A stretch of 32,000 bases of DNA from Pseudoalteromonas tetraodonis (GTDB lineage Bacteria > Pseudomonadota > Gammaproteobacteria > Enterobacterales > Alteromonadaceae), in NCBI RefSeq assembly GCF_002310835.1, contig NZ_CP011041.1, positions 570,001 to 602,000 of the forward strand, in the 5' to 3' direction. Below, piece by piece: positions 16,133 to 25,853 of the stretch. The position numbers were made by a program, and so were the translations under genes. The notes beneath the pieces were generated by a model. That model was not told the origin of the DNA. It saw only the letters and a program-made list of their open reading frames with translations, and searched no databases. Positions within the stretch are counted from its first letter, which is position 1. The number at the start of each line of letters is the position of its first letter.

Positions 16133-16430
16133 GAATAAAGCCGAGTAACATTTACGTTCAAACCTTTCTGAGCCCTCAATAAAGACAAAGTCCTCACTAA
16201 ATCTATCATTGTAAAAATACAGTAATAATGAAAATCAGAATAAAATGATGCTCTGGGGAAAGCTTACATTAGTTGTGTAATTTTTATAGTTTGTATTGGT
16301 AAAATATTTTCATTCCTTTCTTAGTTATTGATTTTAAAGCTATTTAGATATGGTCTTTTTTTTGCTTGGTTGTTGTTTTTTAACCCTTTAAAAATATAGC
16401 AATCAAAAAATCATTTAAGGAAGAAAAGTT

Positions 16431-18497
16431 ATGGCAGAGTCATTTAAGTACGCAAATAATAAAGGACATGCAGGAGAGCTTCATCAAAAAGCTAATAAAG
16501 ACCATCCCGTAATGACAACCGCACAAGGTTGCCCTATTAGTGATAATCAAAATTCATTAAAAGCAGGTCAACGCGGACCAGGACTATTGGAAGATCATGT
16601 GTTACGAGAAAAGTTGTTTCACTTTGATCACGAGCGAATTCCTGAGCGAGTTGTTCACGCAAGAGGGTATGGAGCACATGGTTACTTTGAAACGTATGAT
16701 GCTTTAGATGATTTGACCTCTGCTGATATTTTTCAACGTAAAGGTGAAAAAACCCCTGTTTTTGCACGTTTTTCAACAGTGGCGGGTAATCAGGGCTCGC
16801 CTGATTTAGCACGCGATGTGCGAGGCTTTGCCGTTAAGTTTTATACGCAGGAAGGTAATTGGGATCTGGTAGGCAATAATATCCCAGTTTTTTTCATTCA
16901 AGACGCGATGAAGTTTCCCGACCTTATACATAGCGCAAAAGCAGAACCAGATCGTGGTTTTCCACAAGCGCAAACAGCCCACGATAATTTTTGGGATTTT
17001 GTAAGTTTGTCGCCAGAATCCATGCACATGGTTATGTGGGCAATGTCAGATAGAGCTATCCCGCGCTCATTAAGGTTTATGGAAGGATTTGGCGTTCATA
17101 CTTTTAAGTTTATTAATGCACAAGGTGAAGAAAAATTTGTTAAGTTCCACTGGAAACCTAAAGGCGGTATGCAGTCAGTGGTTTGGAATGAGGCATTGAA
17201 ATTAAATGGCGCTGATCCTGATTTTCATCGTCGTGACATGTGGGAATCAATTAATAATGGAGACTATCCGGAATGGGAGTTGGGCATTCAAGTATTTGAT
17301 CAAAAATTTGCTGAAGAGTTCGAGTTTGATGTTTTTGATGCCACTAAACTGATACCCGAAGAGCAAGTACCAGTTAAAATTATTGGTAAAATGGTGCTCA
17401 ATCGAGTCGTAGACAACTTCTTCGCAGAAACCGAACAGGTTGCATTTTGCACACAGAATATAGTACCAGGACTTGATTTTACTCCTGATCCTTTATTGCA
17501 AGGCCGTAATTTTTCTTACCTAGATACACAAACCAAACGCCTAGGTGGGCCTAATTTCACACAAATTCCTATTAATGCAGCAAAATGCCCGATGAGACAT
17601 TTTCTTCAGGATGGCCACATGGCAATGCAGAACCCTAAAGGCCGGGTTAACTACGAACCTAATTCATTCAGCGGGGGTGAAAACAACCCGCGAGAGTGCC
17701 CTGTACACGGATTCAAAAGCTCAGAATCTGAAACTGACGGTGGTAAATTACGCTATCGCTCAGAAACATTTAGTGATCACTATAGCCAAGCACGACAATT
17801 TTATTTAAGTCAAACCGACGTTGAGCAAACGCATATTCAAGACGCTTTAATTTTTGAGTTATCTAAAGTAGAGCATTTACGTATCAGAGAACGCGTGGTT
17901 TCTCATCTGTTAAACATTGATAACAAGCTTGCTGAGAAAGTTGCATTGGGTTTAGGTTTACAAACTATGCCAGATGCGGCAGAAGCGGCGCTTGATACCC
18001 GTCAAGATTTACCAGTATCTGATGCGCTAAGCATTTTAAAAAATGCGCCAAATACATTTAAAGGCAGGAAGCTTGGTATATTAGTAAGTGATGGTTTTGA
18101 TGCTGAAACCTTTAATTTATTAATACAAAGCCTTAAAGAGGAAGGTGCAAGCCATGAAGTTATTGCGGCTCAAGTTGGTGGTGCTAAAAATAGTAAGGGC
18201 GAGATTGTTGAGGCCGATCAGGTGATTAACGGCGGACCTTCGGTGCTTTACGACGCAATAGCTCTGCTTACCACTAATGAAGGCGCCAAAAAGCTTGCTG
18301 AAATACCTGAGGCGAAAGATTTTGTCAGTGATGCTTATGCACATATGAAGTATATCGGCTTTAGTGATAAAGCAGCTCCTTTAATCGAGGCTACTGGTTT
18401 AAATGGACAACTTGATGATGGCTGGTTGGATTTAAATAAAATTTCCGCAAGTGAGTTTGTCTCAAAAATTCGTAACCTTAGGTATTGGAGTCGATAA
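16431..18497 (+). CDS. katE: Large-subunit (clade 2, HPII-type) monofunctional catalase
   Basis: Distal His motif [15 protein letters not shown] and proximal Tyr motif [10 protein letters not shown]. 688 aa, with the extra C-terminal flavodoxin/DJ-1-like domain ([13 protein letters not shown]...). AAGGAAG Shine-Dalgarno sequence. Confidence 0.93.
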   Translation: MAESFKYANNKGHAGELHQKANKDHPVMTTAQGCPISDNQNSLKAGQRGPGLLEDHVLREKLFHFDHERIPERVVHARGYGAHGYFETYDALDDLTSADIFQRKGEKTPVFARFSTVAGNQGSPDLARDVRGFAVKFYTQEGNWDLVGNNIPVFFIQDAMKFPDLIHSAKAEPDRGFPQAQTAHDNFWDFVSLSPESMHMVMWAMSDRAIPRSLRFMEGFGVHTFKFINAQGEEKFVKFHWKPKGGMQSVVWNEALKLNGADPDFHRRDMWESINNGDYPEWELGIQVFDQKFAEEFEFDVFDATKLIPEEQVPVKIIGKMVLNRVVDNFFAETEQVAFCTQNIVPGLDFTPDPLLQGRNFSYLDTQTKRLGGPNFTQIPINAAKCPMRHFLQDGHMAMQNPKGRVNYEPNSFSGGENNPRECPVHGFKSSESETDGGKLRYRSETFSDHYSQARQFYLSQTDVEQTHIQDALIFELSKVEHLRIRERVVSHLLNIDNKLAEKVALGLGLQTMPDAAEAALDTRQDLPVSDALSILKNAPNTFKGRKLGILVSDGFDAETFNLLIQSLKEEGASHEVIAAQVGGAKNSKGEIVEADQVINGGPSVLYDAIALLTTNEGAKKLAEIPEAKDFVSDAYAHMKYIGFSDKAAPLIEATGLNGQLDDGWLDLNKISASEFVSKIRNLRYWSR

Positions 18498-18502
18498 ATC
18501 GT

Positions 18503-18536
18503 ATAACAAGGGCTAGTGAGAACTAGCCCTTGTTAT
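18503..18536 (+). terminator. Terminator hairpin after katE
   Basis: ataacaagggctagt / actagcccttgttat: perfect 15-bp stem with a 4-nt loop. The T-tail is weak. Confidence 0.75.
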
Positions 18537-18583
18537 TGATGGCACCGTTTTATTTGAGGATTACAAAAATTTAAAGGAATAAA

Positions 18584-19567
18584 ATGAAACTAATTTATGT
18601 CGATGATAACTTGCCGGGCATTACTCGAAAGAGGCATGAAAACCAATGGGTTTATTATGATCCTGCAGGAAAGAAAATACATGATAACGATGAAATAAAG
18701 CGGTTAGACAATCTCGCTTTTCCCCCCGCATACAAAGATGTATGGTTATGTCCAGAAGAAAATGGGCATATTTTAGCTACTGGCTACGACAGCAAAGGCC
18801 GCAAGCAATACTTTTATCATCCCGAGTTTAGGGAGCAGCAAGAGCTTAAAAAGTTTGAAGCATGTGCTTTATTTGGAAATAAACTGCCTTTGTTAAGAGC
18901 AAAACTATCGGAATATTTGCGAGGTAATGAGCTTGATTACCAGCGCACAATTGCAGCCGTTGTACGTTTAATGGATCTTGGAGCCCTGCGCGTTGGCTCT
19001 AAAAAAAATGCCAAACATAATAATAGTTTTGGTGCTACAACATTGCGTAGCCGGCATGCAAAACTAACGGGTAAAAATATTCGCTTAAAGTATAAAGCAA
19101 AATCCGGTAAGCAAAGAGAAGTGAACATAACAGATAAAGTGCTTAGCTCTATCATACAGCAGTTGCAAGATTTGCCTGGGCAGAGCTTATTCCAATATAT
19201 CGATGAAGGCGAGTATTGTGATGTTACCTCCAAAGAGGTGAATGAGTTTATTCAAAGTGTTATGGGCGAGCAATTTAGTGCAAAACATTTTAGAACATGG
19301 CGGGCCAGTGTTTTGGCATTTGAAGTCTTACATAAATCAAACGGCCAGCTTTCGCTTAAAGATATGTTAGATAGCGTTTCAAGTAATTTAGGGAATACCC
19401 CAGCAATAGCTCGTAATTCATATATTCATCCAAAGTTGATTGAGCTGTGTAAAGGAGGCAAGGAAGCTCTAAAGGACTTTAATAACTTAGACAAACTACC
19501 CCGTAAGACTAAGTACCTGAGTCGCTATGAACGTGGGTTGTTGATATTTTTAGAAGAACAATGCTAA
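18584..19567 (+). CDS. DNA topoisomerase IB (poxvirus-like bacterial TopIB)
   Basis: 327 aa. Core motifs RVGSKKNAKHNNSFGATTLRSRH and HFRTWRAS, plus the catalytic-tyrosine motif NTPAIARNSYIHP. AAGGAA Shine-Dalgarno sequence. Confidence 0.85.
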   Translation: MKLIYVDDNLPGITRKRHENQWVYYDPAGKKIHDNDEIKRLDNLAFPPAYKDVWLCPEENGHILATGYDSKGRKQYFYHPEFREQQELKKFEACALFGNKLPLLRAKLSEYLRGNELDYQRTIAAVVRLMDLGALRVGSKKNAKHNNSFGATTLRSRHAKLTGKNIRLKYKAKSGKQREVNITDKVLSSIIQQLQDLPGQSLFQYIDEGEYCDVTSKEVNEFIQSVMGEQFSAKHFRTWRASVLAFEVLHKSNGQLSLKDMLDSVSSNLGNTPAIARNSYIHPKLIELCKGGKEALKDFNNLDKLPRKTKYLSRYERGLLIFLEEQC

Positions 19568-19780
19568 TAACGTTAGTCTCTTTGTAATTCTACTCATATT
19601 TCAATCGCTTGAGTGATACCTATGTGTGTGAACTTTTTACAACTTCTAGCAACTTTTACTTTAAAGCCTAGAGTTTTACTCTACTTTTTTATTTATCTAG
19701 CTGATTTTAAAGGATTAAAACTTTGGTTTGAATGTTGCTAATTACTAAGCGTACTTTCTTAAACAAATAAAGGAGTTATT

Positions 19781-20275
19781 ATGAGTACTGTTATTACTGG
19801 GTTATTCGATAATGCATCACAAGCAACATTAGCAATTTATAGATTAGAAGCTTTAGGTGTAAGTGAGGCGGATATAAGCATTGTCGCTAACGACTCGTAT
19901 ACAAAGGAAGACTTTGCTGTAGATGAAGGGACCAAAGCTGCAGAGGGCGGTTTGTTGGGCGCTGCATCTGGTGGCGTGTTAGCGGCAATTATTGGTGGTT
20001 TTACCGCTGTTGGAGCAGTCGCTTCTGGTGGTGCCGGCTTATTAGTTGCAGGTCCTTTGGTTTCAGCACTTGCAGCTGGTGGCGCAGGTGCTGCCGTTGG
20101 TGGGACTTTAGGCGCAGCAATCGGCGCATTTATTCCAGAACATGAAATTAAGTATTATGAAGACGCAATTGAGAAGGGTTCAATACTCGTCGGTGTTAAA
20201 TATAACAGCGATAACAAAAATAGTGTTGAAGAAATTCTTGATAATGCTGGTGCAAGCAAGGTTTCAAAAGCGTAA
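19781..20275 (+). CDS. Stress-protein-like membrane protein with a Gly/Ala-zipper segment
   Basis: The N-terminus VITGLFDNASQATLAIYRLEALGVSEADISIV resembles the YflT/general-stress-protein-17M-type domain. The middle is GGLLGAASGGVLAAIIGGFTAVGAVASGGAGLLVAGPLVSALAAGGAGAAVGGTLGAAIGAF. Strong AAAGGAG Shine-Dalgarno sequence. Confidence 0.7.
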   Translation: MSTVITGLFDNASQATLAIYRLEALGVSEADISIVANDSYTKEDFAVDEGTKAAEGGLLGAASGGVLAAIIGGFTAVGAVASGGAGLLVAGPLVSALAAGGAGAAVGGTLGAAIGAFIPEHEIKYYEDAIEKGSILVGVKYNSDNKNSVEEILDNAGASKVSKA

Positions 20276-20310
20276 TATTTTAGAATGCGCTATCAGTATC
20301 TAAAATGTAT

Positions 20311-20337
20311 AAAGGTGGAACTGCGTTCCATCTTTTT
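20311..20337 (+). terminator. Rho-independent terminator
   Basis: aaaggtggaac-tgc-gttccatcttt stem with one mismatch, followed by tttt. Confidence 0.65.
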
Positions 20338-20393
20338 ACGTGTTTGAATTTAAAACTATCTGAGTTTGGTATATTAATCTATATTGGCAACCA

Positions 20394-20987
20394 ATGAATT
20401 ACTTAGCCCACCTTTATTTAGCACAGCCTACGGCTGATTCTCATTTTGGCAATTTGCTGGGAGATTTTGGTGGCCAACGACAGGTAACGCATCTACCTAC
20501 AACTGTAAAAAGTGCGCTAGATAACCATTATTTAGTGGATAAATTTACTGACACACATCCATTAGTAAAAGAAGCTAAGCAGCTTTTTTCAGCCAAGCGC
20601 AGGCGCTTTGCAGGTGTGGCAGTTGATGTGGTGTTTGATTATTTTCTTATTGCGCATTGGCAGCAGTTTAATAACCAATCACTAATTGATTTTAAGCACA
20701 CCAGTTATGACCTTTTGGACAGGCGTATACCTGTAATGCCACAGAAAATGCAGCGTGTAGTAACCAGTATGACGAAAAACGATTGGTTTAAGGAGTACGA
20801 AAGCATTGATGGGGTAGGGCGGGCGCTTGATAATATTGCTAAACGTATTCGCTTTACTAATAATTTTGCAGGTACCGCTGAAGATATAATCCGCCATTAT
20901 AGTGAGCTAGATGAGCTCTTTTTAGCGTTTTTCCCTGAGCTGATTAAGCACGTTAATGAGTTTAATTTGGAAAGCGCACCAAAGTAG
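20394..20987 (+). CDS. acpH: Acyl carrier protein phosphodiesterase
   Basis: 197 aa. The N-terminus MNYLAHLYLA....GNLLGDF is characteristic of AcpH, and the length matches the family. Confidence 0.85.
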   Translation: MNYLAHLYLAQPTADSHFGNLLGDFGGQRQVTHLPTTVKSALDNHYLVDKFTDTHPLVKEAKQLFSAKRRRFAGVAVDVVFDYFLIAHWQQFNNQSLIDFKHTSYDLLDRRIPVMPQKMQRVVTSMTKNDWFKEYESIDGVGRALDNIAKRIRFTNNFAGTAEDIIRHYSELDELFLAFFPELIKHVNEFNLESAPK

Positions 20988-21010
20988 AGTGCGCTTACAA
21001 AATAAGTGGT

Positions 21011-21331
21011 TTAGTCGTCTGGTCCTTTTAGGGTAAATACTAAATGTTTGCGCATATCTTTTAAAATTACGCCTTTTTTGAGCATGGCACCGCTTAAGCG
21101 TTTTTGCCACTTTAGTAGCTCCGGCTCTGCGGCTGTAAGTGCTTGTTGGTTTTCAAATTGAAAACACATTAGTAAAGAACCTGGAAATAAATGATATTCC
21201 ACATCAAACCAGCATTGCAGCATACCTGGGATTTCAGCGCGGCCTTGCTCTTCTATTTTGTCAGCAACATTGAGAACGAGAGCTTGTTGTTTTACTTGCA
21301 CAGCAGATAGTTTTTTCATGTGGAGATCCAA
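21011..21331 (-). CDS. Hypothetical small protein (about 102-106 aa)
   Basis: ORF with backbone-like composition. The listed start is TTG 21331; the ATG at 21319 (MKKLSAV...) is more likely. No recognisable motifs. Confidence 0.55.
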   Translation of the reverse strand: MDLHMKKLSAVQVKQQALVLNVADKIEEQGRAEIPGMLQCWFDVEYHLFPGSLLMCFQFENQQALTAAEPELLKWQKRLSGAMLKKGVILKDMRKHLVFTLKGPDD

Positions 21332-21492
21332 TTTAGAGGCTAAAAATACAGCCGGAATATTGCATTATACCCAAGCTTTCAGGGTGATAACAATGTTAGC
21401 CATACTTTAAATTAGATGGCTCACTGTGAATATTGATTGTGGTTAGTTTGGTAGTACAACCAGTTTGAATACACTATTTATCAAGGGAAATT

Positions 21493-22605
21493 ATGAATTA
21501 TATAGCTGTTTGTTTCGTTATTATTTTTATGTTGTCAGGGTGCTCTGAAGAGCAAGTTTCTGAGCAAAAATTAAAACCTGTTTCTGTCATAGAGTTAAAT
21601 AAAACTAAATCGTTTGATAGTCGTATTTTATCAGGTGTTATCCAACCTGCTAACACAGCCACTTTAATGTTTGAGGTTAGCGGAAAGGTCGAAGACGTTT
21701 TTTTTGAAATTGGTGAGGCTTTTGAAAAAGGTGAGCCGTTAGCTAGGCTGGAACAAACAAAGTATTTATTGGCAGTGCAAGAGGGCGAAGGGCAGGTCTC
21801 TAATGCGAAGGCTATGCTGCTAAATGTTAAGCAAGATTTTGAGCGCAAAGCATCACTGGTTGATGATGGCGCTGTGTCACGCGCGCAATACGATGTAGCA
21901 AAGTCGCAATATGAGAGTGCCAAAGATAAAGTCGAGATTGCTAAAGTTCGACTAGCGATGGCAAAAGAAGAGTTACAAGATACCACGCTAATTGCGCCCT
22001 ATGCAGGGACTATTTCAAAACGTAATATTGAACCTTCACAACAGGTAAGCCCAAATACGTCTGCATTTATAATTCAAGGTAAAGAAAATTTTGAAGTCTC
22101 TACCCTTGCCCCTGAAGCGATTCTCTCCTCATTAGCTATTGATAAGCCTGCTAAAGTGACTATTTCAGCATTAGATAAAACGTTGAATGCCAAAATTAAA
22201 GAAATTGGCACAGCTGCTCAAGGCGCGAATGCGTTTCCTGTTATTTTAAAGATATCTGAAAATGATGTTGCAGACATTAGAACGGGTATGAGTGCTGAAG
22301 TACAATTTAAACAACAGCAGGAAGCCACAGATGCTTTTGTAGTACCTGTAAGTGCCATTATGGCGCAAGAAAATAATCAGCATTTTGTTTTTAAGCTGTT
22401 ACCTACAGCGCAAGCTGAATCACAACAAGCAGGTTATGTTTTACAAAAAATAACCGTGGACGTAGTAACGTTTTTTGCGCAGAAAGCGCAAATTAAAGGC
22501 GATTTAAAAGAAGGGGAGCGAATTGTTAATGCGGGAATGGCTTTTTTACACGATGGGCAAAAAGTGACGCTTATCGAGGGTGAAATCAAGCGCCTTAATC
22601 CATAA
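21493..22605 (+). CDS. Efflux RND transporter periplasmic adaptor subunit (MFP/HlyD_D23 type), lipoprotein
   Basis: Lipobox FMLSGC, coiled-coil hairpin region (QYDVAKSQYESAKDKVEIAKVRLAMAKEEL), the LIAPYAGTI lipoyl-like motif, and a position immediately upstream of an RND pump. Confidence 0.9.
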   Translation: MNYIAVCFVIIFMLSGCSEEQVSEQKLKPVSVIELNKTKSFDSRILSGVIQPANTATLMFEVSGKVEDVFFEIGEAFEKGEPLARLEQTKYLLAVQEGEGQVSNAKAMLLNVKQDFERKASLVDDGAVSRAQYDVAKSQYESAKDKVEIAKVRLAMAKEELQDTTLIAPYAGTISKRNIEPSQQVSPNTSAFIIQGKENFEVSTLAPEAILSSLAIDKPAKVTISALDKTLNAKIKEIGTAAQGANAFPVILKISENDVADIRTGMSAEVQFKQQQEATDAFVVPVSAIMAQENNQHFVFKLLPTAQAESQQAGYVLQKITVDVVTFFAQKAQIKGDLKEGERIVNAGMAFLHDGQKVTLIEGEIKRLNP

Positions 22606-22626
22606 CCCGTGACGGAGATTTAAACG

Positions 22627-25600
22627 ATGAAAATCCCTACTATTTCAGAGCTTGCTCTTGATCATAATCGCTTGATGCTGGCCATCGTCTTTGGCCTTAT
22701 GCTATTTGGCGCATTTAGTTATTATCAACTACCCAAACAAGAAGATCCTAAAATAAAAATTCGTGAGGCGGTTGTAACAACCGCTTACCCTGGCATGAGC
22801 GCAAAAAAAGTAGAGCTGTTGATCACTAAAACACTCGAAGAAGCGATACGTGAAATGCCCAGTATTGCCGAAATTCGCTCAGTATCTATTCCAGGCCGCT
22901 CTATTATTCACGCAGAGCTCAAGCAAAGTGTTGAGCAAAGTGAGTTTGATCAGCAGTGGGATATCCTGCGCGATCAAATTAACGCGGTTCGAGGCGAGCT
23001 ACCCAGTGGTACTTTACCTTATGTAATTAATGATGATTTTGGTGATGTTGCCGTGTTAACGGTGGCACTTATTGCAGATCCCGCTTATAGCATGGGGGAT
23101 CGGCAAGATGTGGCGCAACATATTGCTGATATGATGCATCAAGTCGAAGGCACAAAAAAAATTGATATTTTGGGTATTCAACAAGAGCGTATTTTTATTG
23201 AAACTAAAAACGCTAAGCTCGCTCAATTAGGGATTGCACCCACACAATTGATTGCGGCTTTAAAAAATCAAAATATTATACGTCCCAGTGGCATTATTGA
23301 TGCCGATGGTGAAAACTTTATTATCCAGCCTTCTGGGAATTACCAAAGCCTAGCTGATATACGCAATACGCTGATCACTGTTCCCAATCAATCACAAACC
23401 ATCTTATTACGTGATATTGCTAAAATAAGCCGTGAAGTGATCGACCCCCCATCAAGAACAAGTTACTACAATGGCCGTCAAGCCATTATTTTTGCAATCT
23501 CTAAGGATGAACAAGCGGATGTGCTGAAATTCACTCCTAAAATGGAAGCGATGATAGCTCAAATTAATCAAACTATACCTGCGGGCTATCAATTAAAAAA
23601 TATTACCCGCCAAGCCGATGTGGTTGCCGATGCTGTATTTGGTGTGAGCTTTAGTGTGTTACAAACCATTGTTGTTGTCTCTATTGTGGTTATTATGTTT
23701 TTAGGTCTACGCACCGGCTTAATTGTAGGTTCGATTGTACCTTCAGCTATTTTAATCACGCTTTCAATTATGAACTTTATGGGTATTCCGCTGGAGCGTA
23801 TGTCGCTTGCCACGTTAATTATAGCGCTTGGGCTACTGGTTGATGATGGCATAATAATGGCTGAAGATTTCAAAAAGCGTATCGAAGAGGGCGAAACGCG
23901 TGACGAAGCTATTCGTAATACCTCGGGTACGCTTGCGATACCCTCTTTAACCTCATCGTTGACTACTATTCTTGTGTTTTTGCCATTGATGTTGGCGCAA
24001 AGTAGTGCGGGTGAATATACACGCTCTATTTCGCTGGTGGTGTTAATTGCATTGCTTATTTCATGGGCGTTGAGCCTAACCTTTACTACTTACTTGTGTC
24101 ATCGCTTTGTGAAAAAGGAAACGAGGCAAAAGCAAAATATTATTCGCCGTAAAATTAATGGATTTTTCGATAGCCTTAGTCCGCTTTATGAAAAAGTATT
24201 AAGACGAATTATGCGCGCTCGCATAATTTTTGTTGTTGTGATATTAGGGCTGTTTTTTGTTGGTGGTTGGGCTATGAGTTTAGTGCCTGCTAAGTTTTTT
24301 CCAGACTCCGACCGCGCGCAAATTTTAGTGTATTTAGATATGCCAGCCGGCACGTCAATGCGTAAAACTGATGCAACGATACAAGCCATTTTAAAAAAAT
24401 TGGATGATAAAGCGCGTTTTCCGCATATTAAAAAATATGCTGCTTATGGTGGATTTGGCGGGCCACGGTTTGTTTTGTCACTCACACCGATTGATCCTGA
24501 GCCTTCAAAAGCATTCTTTATGATTGATGTTGGAGAGCGAAAACTAGCTGAGCCAACAATAAATAGCGTGCGCGACATGTTTGCTCAAGACTTTCCTGAA
24601 GTTATGGGGCGCGCTACTAAAATGTTTTTAGGGCCCTCAGATTCTTCACTGATAGAGATTCAAATTAAAGGCCCAGATAGTAATTATATTTATTCTATTG
24701 GCGAGGAAATTAAAACCTTATTGCGCAATACAGACGGCGCATTCGATATTAAAAGTGATTGGGAAAACCGCATTACTACACTTAAAGTTGAGGTTAACCA
24801 GCAAAATGCTCGTCGTGCTGGGGTTAGTTCAAACGATGTTGCCCAAGCATTAGAAACCTACTTTTCGGGACGCACAATCTCTGAGTTTCGTGAAGGTGAT
24901 GACATATTCCCCATTGTATTAAGGGCACAAAACAGTGAACGTTACGATCTGGACCGTATTAACAGCGTAAATGTTTATTCTTCGGCTCGAGGCGTTAATG
25001 TTCCTTTAATGCAAGTGGCCGACATTCGCTATGAAACGCAATTTGCGCGTATTGCGCGTGAAAATTTATTTCGTACTGTAACAGTACAAGCTAAAAACCA
25101 GATTATGTCGGCGCAAAGTATGGTGCCATTAATTGAAGGAAAGCTTGATAAAATAAGAGAAAAATTACCACCTGGTTATGAAATAGAATATGACGGTGTA
25201 ATTGGAGACTCTGCGGAATCGCAAGCGTCAATTTTAGCTAACTTACCGCTGTGTATTGCCATTATGGTGTTTATTATTATTGCGCAATTTCGCTCTTACC
25301 GTGCAACTAGTATTGTGTTTTTGACTGTGCCATTGATCATCATTGGTGCCGCTTTTGGTTTGTTAATTATGCAGGCAAATTTTGGGTTTATGGTTATTTT
25401 AGGTCTATATGCGCTTGCCGGTATTATCATTAATAATGCGGTTATATTAATTGACCGTATTAATATTGAACGTAAACAAATTGAGCACAGTGAACAACAA
25501 ACCGCTGAGCAGTATAATCAACAAAATTATGAGGCGGTGATCAGCGCTTCTTTAAGACGTTTACGACCTATATTAATGTCTACTTGTACAACAATAATAG

Positions 25601-25788
25601 GCTTATTGCCGCTCATTTTATCTAAAGATGTTTTGTTTTATGGCCAAGCAAGCACTATTGCGTTTGGTCTTGCAATGGGAACAATTTTAACATTAGGGTT
25701 TGTTCCGGTTGTGTATACTTTTTTCTTTAAAATAAAGCCGGTTAAAGCAGATAAACAACAAACCCAGCGTGAGTTAGAGCAGGCTTAA
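22627..25788 (+). CDS. Efflux RND transporter permease (AcrB/AcrD/AcrF family)
   Basis: 1053 aa with the 12-TM, two-large-loop layout. Typical TM4 region ALGLLVDDGIIMAED. 21 bp downstream of the adaptor gene. Confidence 0.93.
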   Translation: MKIPTISELALDHNRLMLAIVFGLMLFGAFSYYQLPKQEDPKIKIREAVVTTAYPGMSAKKVELLITKTLEEAIREMPSIAEIRSVSIPGRSIIHAELKQSVEQSEFDQQWDILRDQINAVRGELPSGTLPYVINDDFGDVAVLTVALIADPAYSMGDRQDVAQHIADMMHQVEGTKKIDILGIQQERIFIETKNAKLAQLGIAPTQLIAALKNQNIIRPSGIIDADGENFIIQPSGNYQSLADIRNTLITVPNQSQTILLRDIAKISREVIDPPSRTSYYNGRQAIIFAISKDEQADVLKFTPKMEAMIAQINQTIPAGYQLKNITRQADVVADAVFGVSFSVLQTIVVVSIVVIMFLGLRTGLIVGSIVPSAILITLSIMNFMGIPLERMSLATLIIALGLLVDDGIIMAEDFKKRIEEGETRDEAIRNTSGTLAIPSLTSSLTTILVFLPLMLAQSSAGEYTRSISLVVLIALLISWALSLTFTTYLCHRFVKKETRQKQNIIRRKINGFFDSLSPLYEKVLRRIMRARIIFVVVILGLFFVGGWAMSLVPAKFFPDSDRAQILVYLDMPAGTSMRKTDATIQAILKKLDDKARFPHIKKYAAYGGFGGPRFVLSLTPIDPEPSKAFFMIDVGERKLAEPTINSVRDMFAQDFPEVMGRATKMFLGPSDSSLIEIQIKGPDSNYIYSIGEEIKTLLRNTDGAFDIKSDWENRITTLKVEVNQQNARRAGVSSNDVAQALETYFSGRTISEFREGDDIFPIVLRAQNSERYDLDRINSVNVYSSARGVNVPLMQVADIRYETQFARIARENLFRTVTVQAKNQIMSAQSMVPLIEGKLDKIREKLPPGYEIEYDGVIGDSAESQASILANLPLCIAIMVFIIIAQFRSYRATSIVFLTVPLIIIGAAFGLLIMQANFGFMVILGLYALAGIIINNAVILIDRINIERKQIEHSEQQTAEQYNQQNYEAVISASLRRLRPILMSTCTTIIGLLPLILSKDVLFYGQASTIAFGLAMGTILTLGFVPVVYTFFFKIKPVKADKQQTQRELEQA

Positions 25789-25814
25789 TACGAAGGGCTG
25801 ATAATAGTTTTATC

Positions 25815-25847
25815 CCTATTTAGTGGTAATTTTAGCCACTAAATAGG
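25815..25847. terminator. Bidirectional terminator between the RND pump and the histidine kinase
   Basis: cctatttagtgg / ccactaaatagg: perfect 12-bp stem, 9-nt loop, with T/A runs on both sides. Confidence 0.75.
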
Positions 25848-25853
25848 CCTGTT

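Noticed and set aside
21498-21986. 162-aa minus-strand ORF opposite the RND adaptor gene
   Set aside because: It is a shadow frame of a well-supported CDS. Its Ser/Cys/Thr-rich composition is typical of antisense translation of a coiled-coil region.
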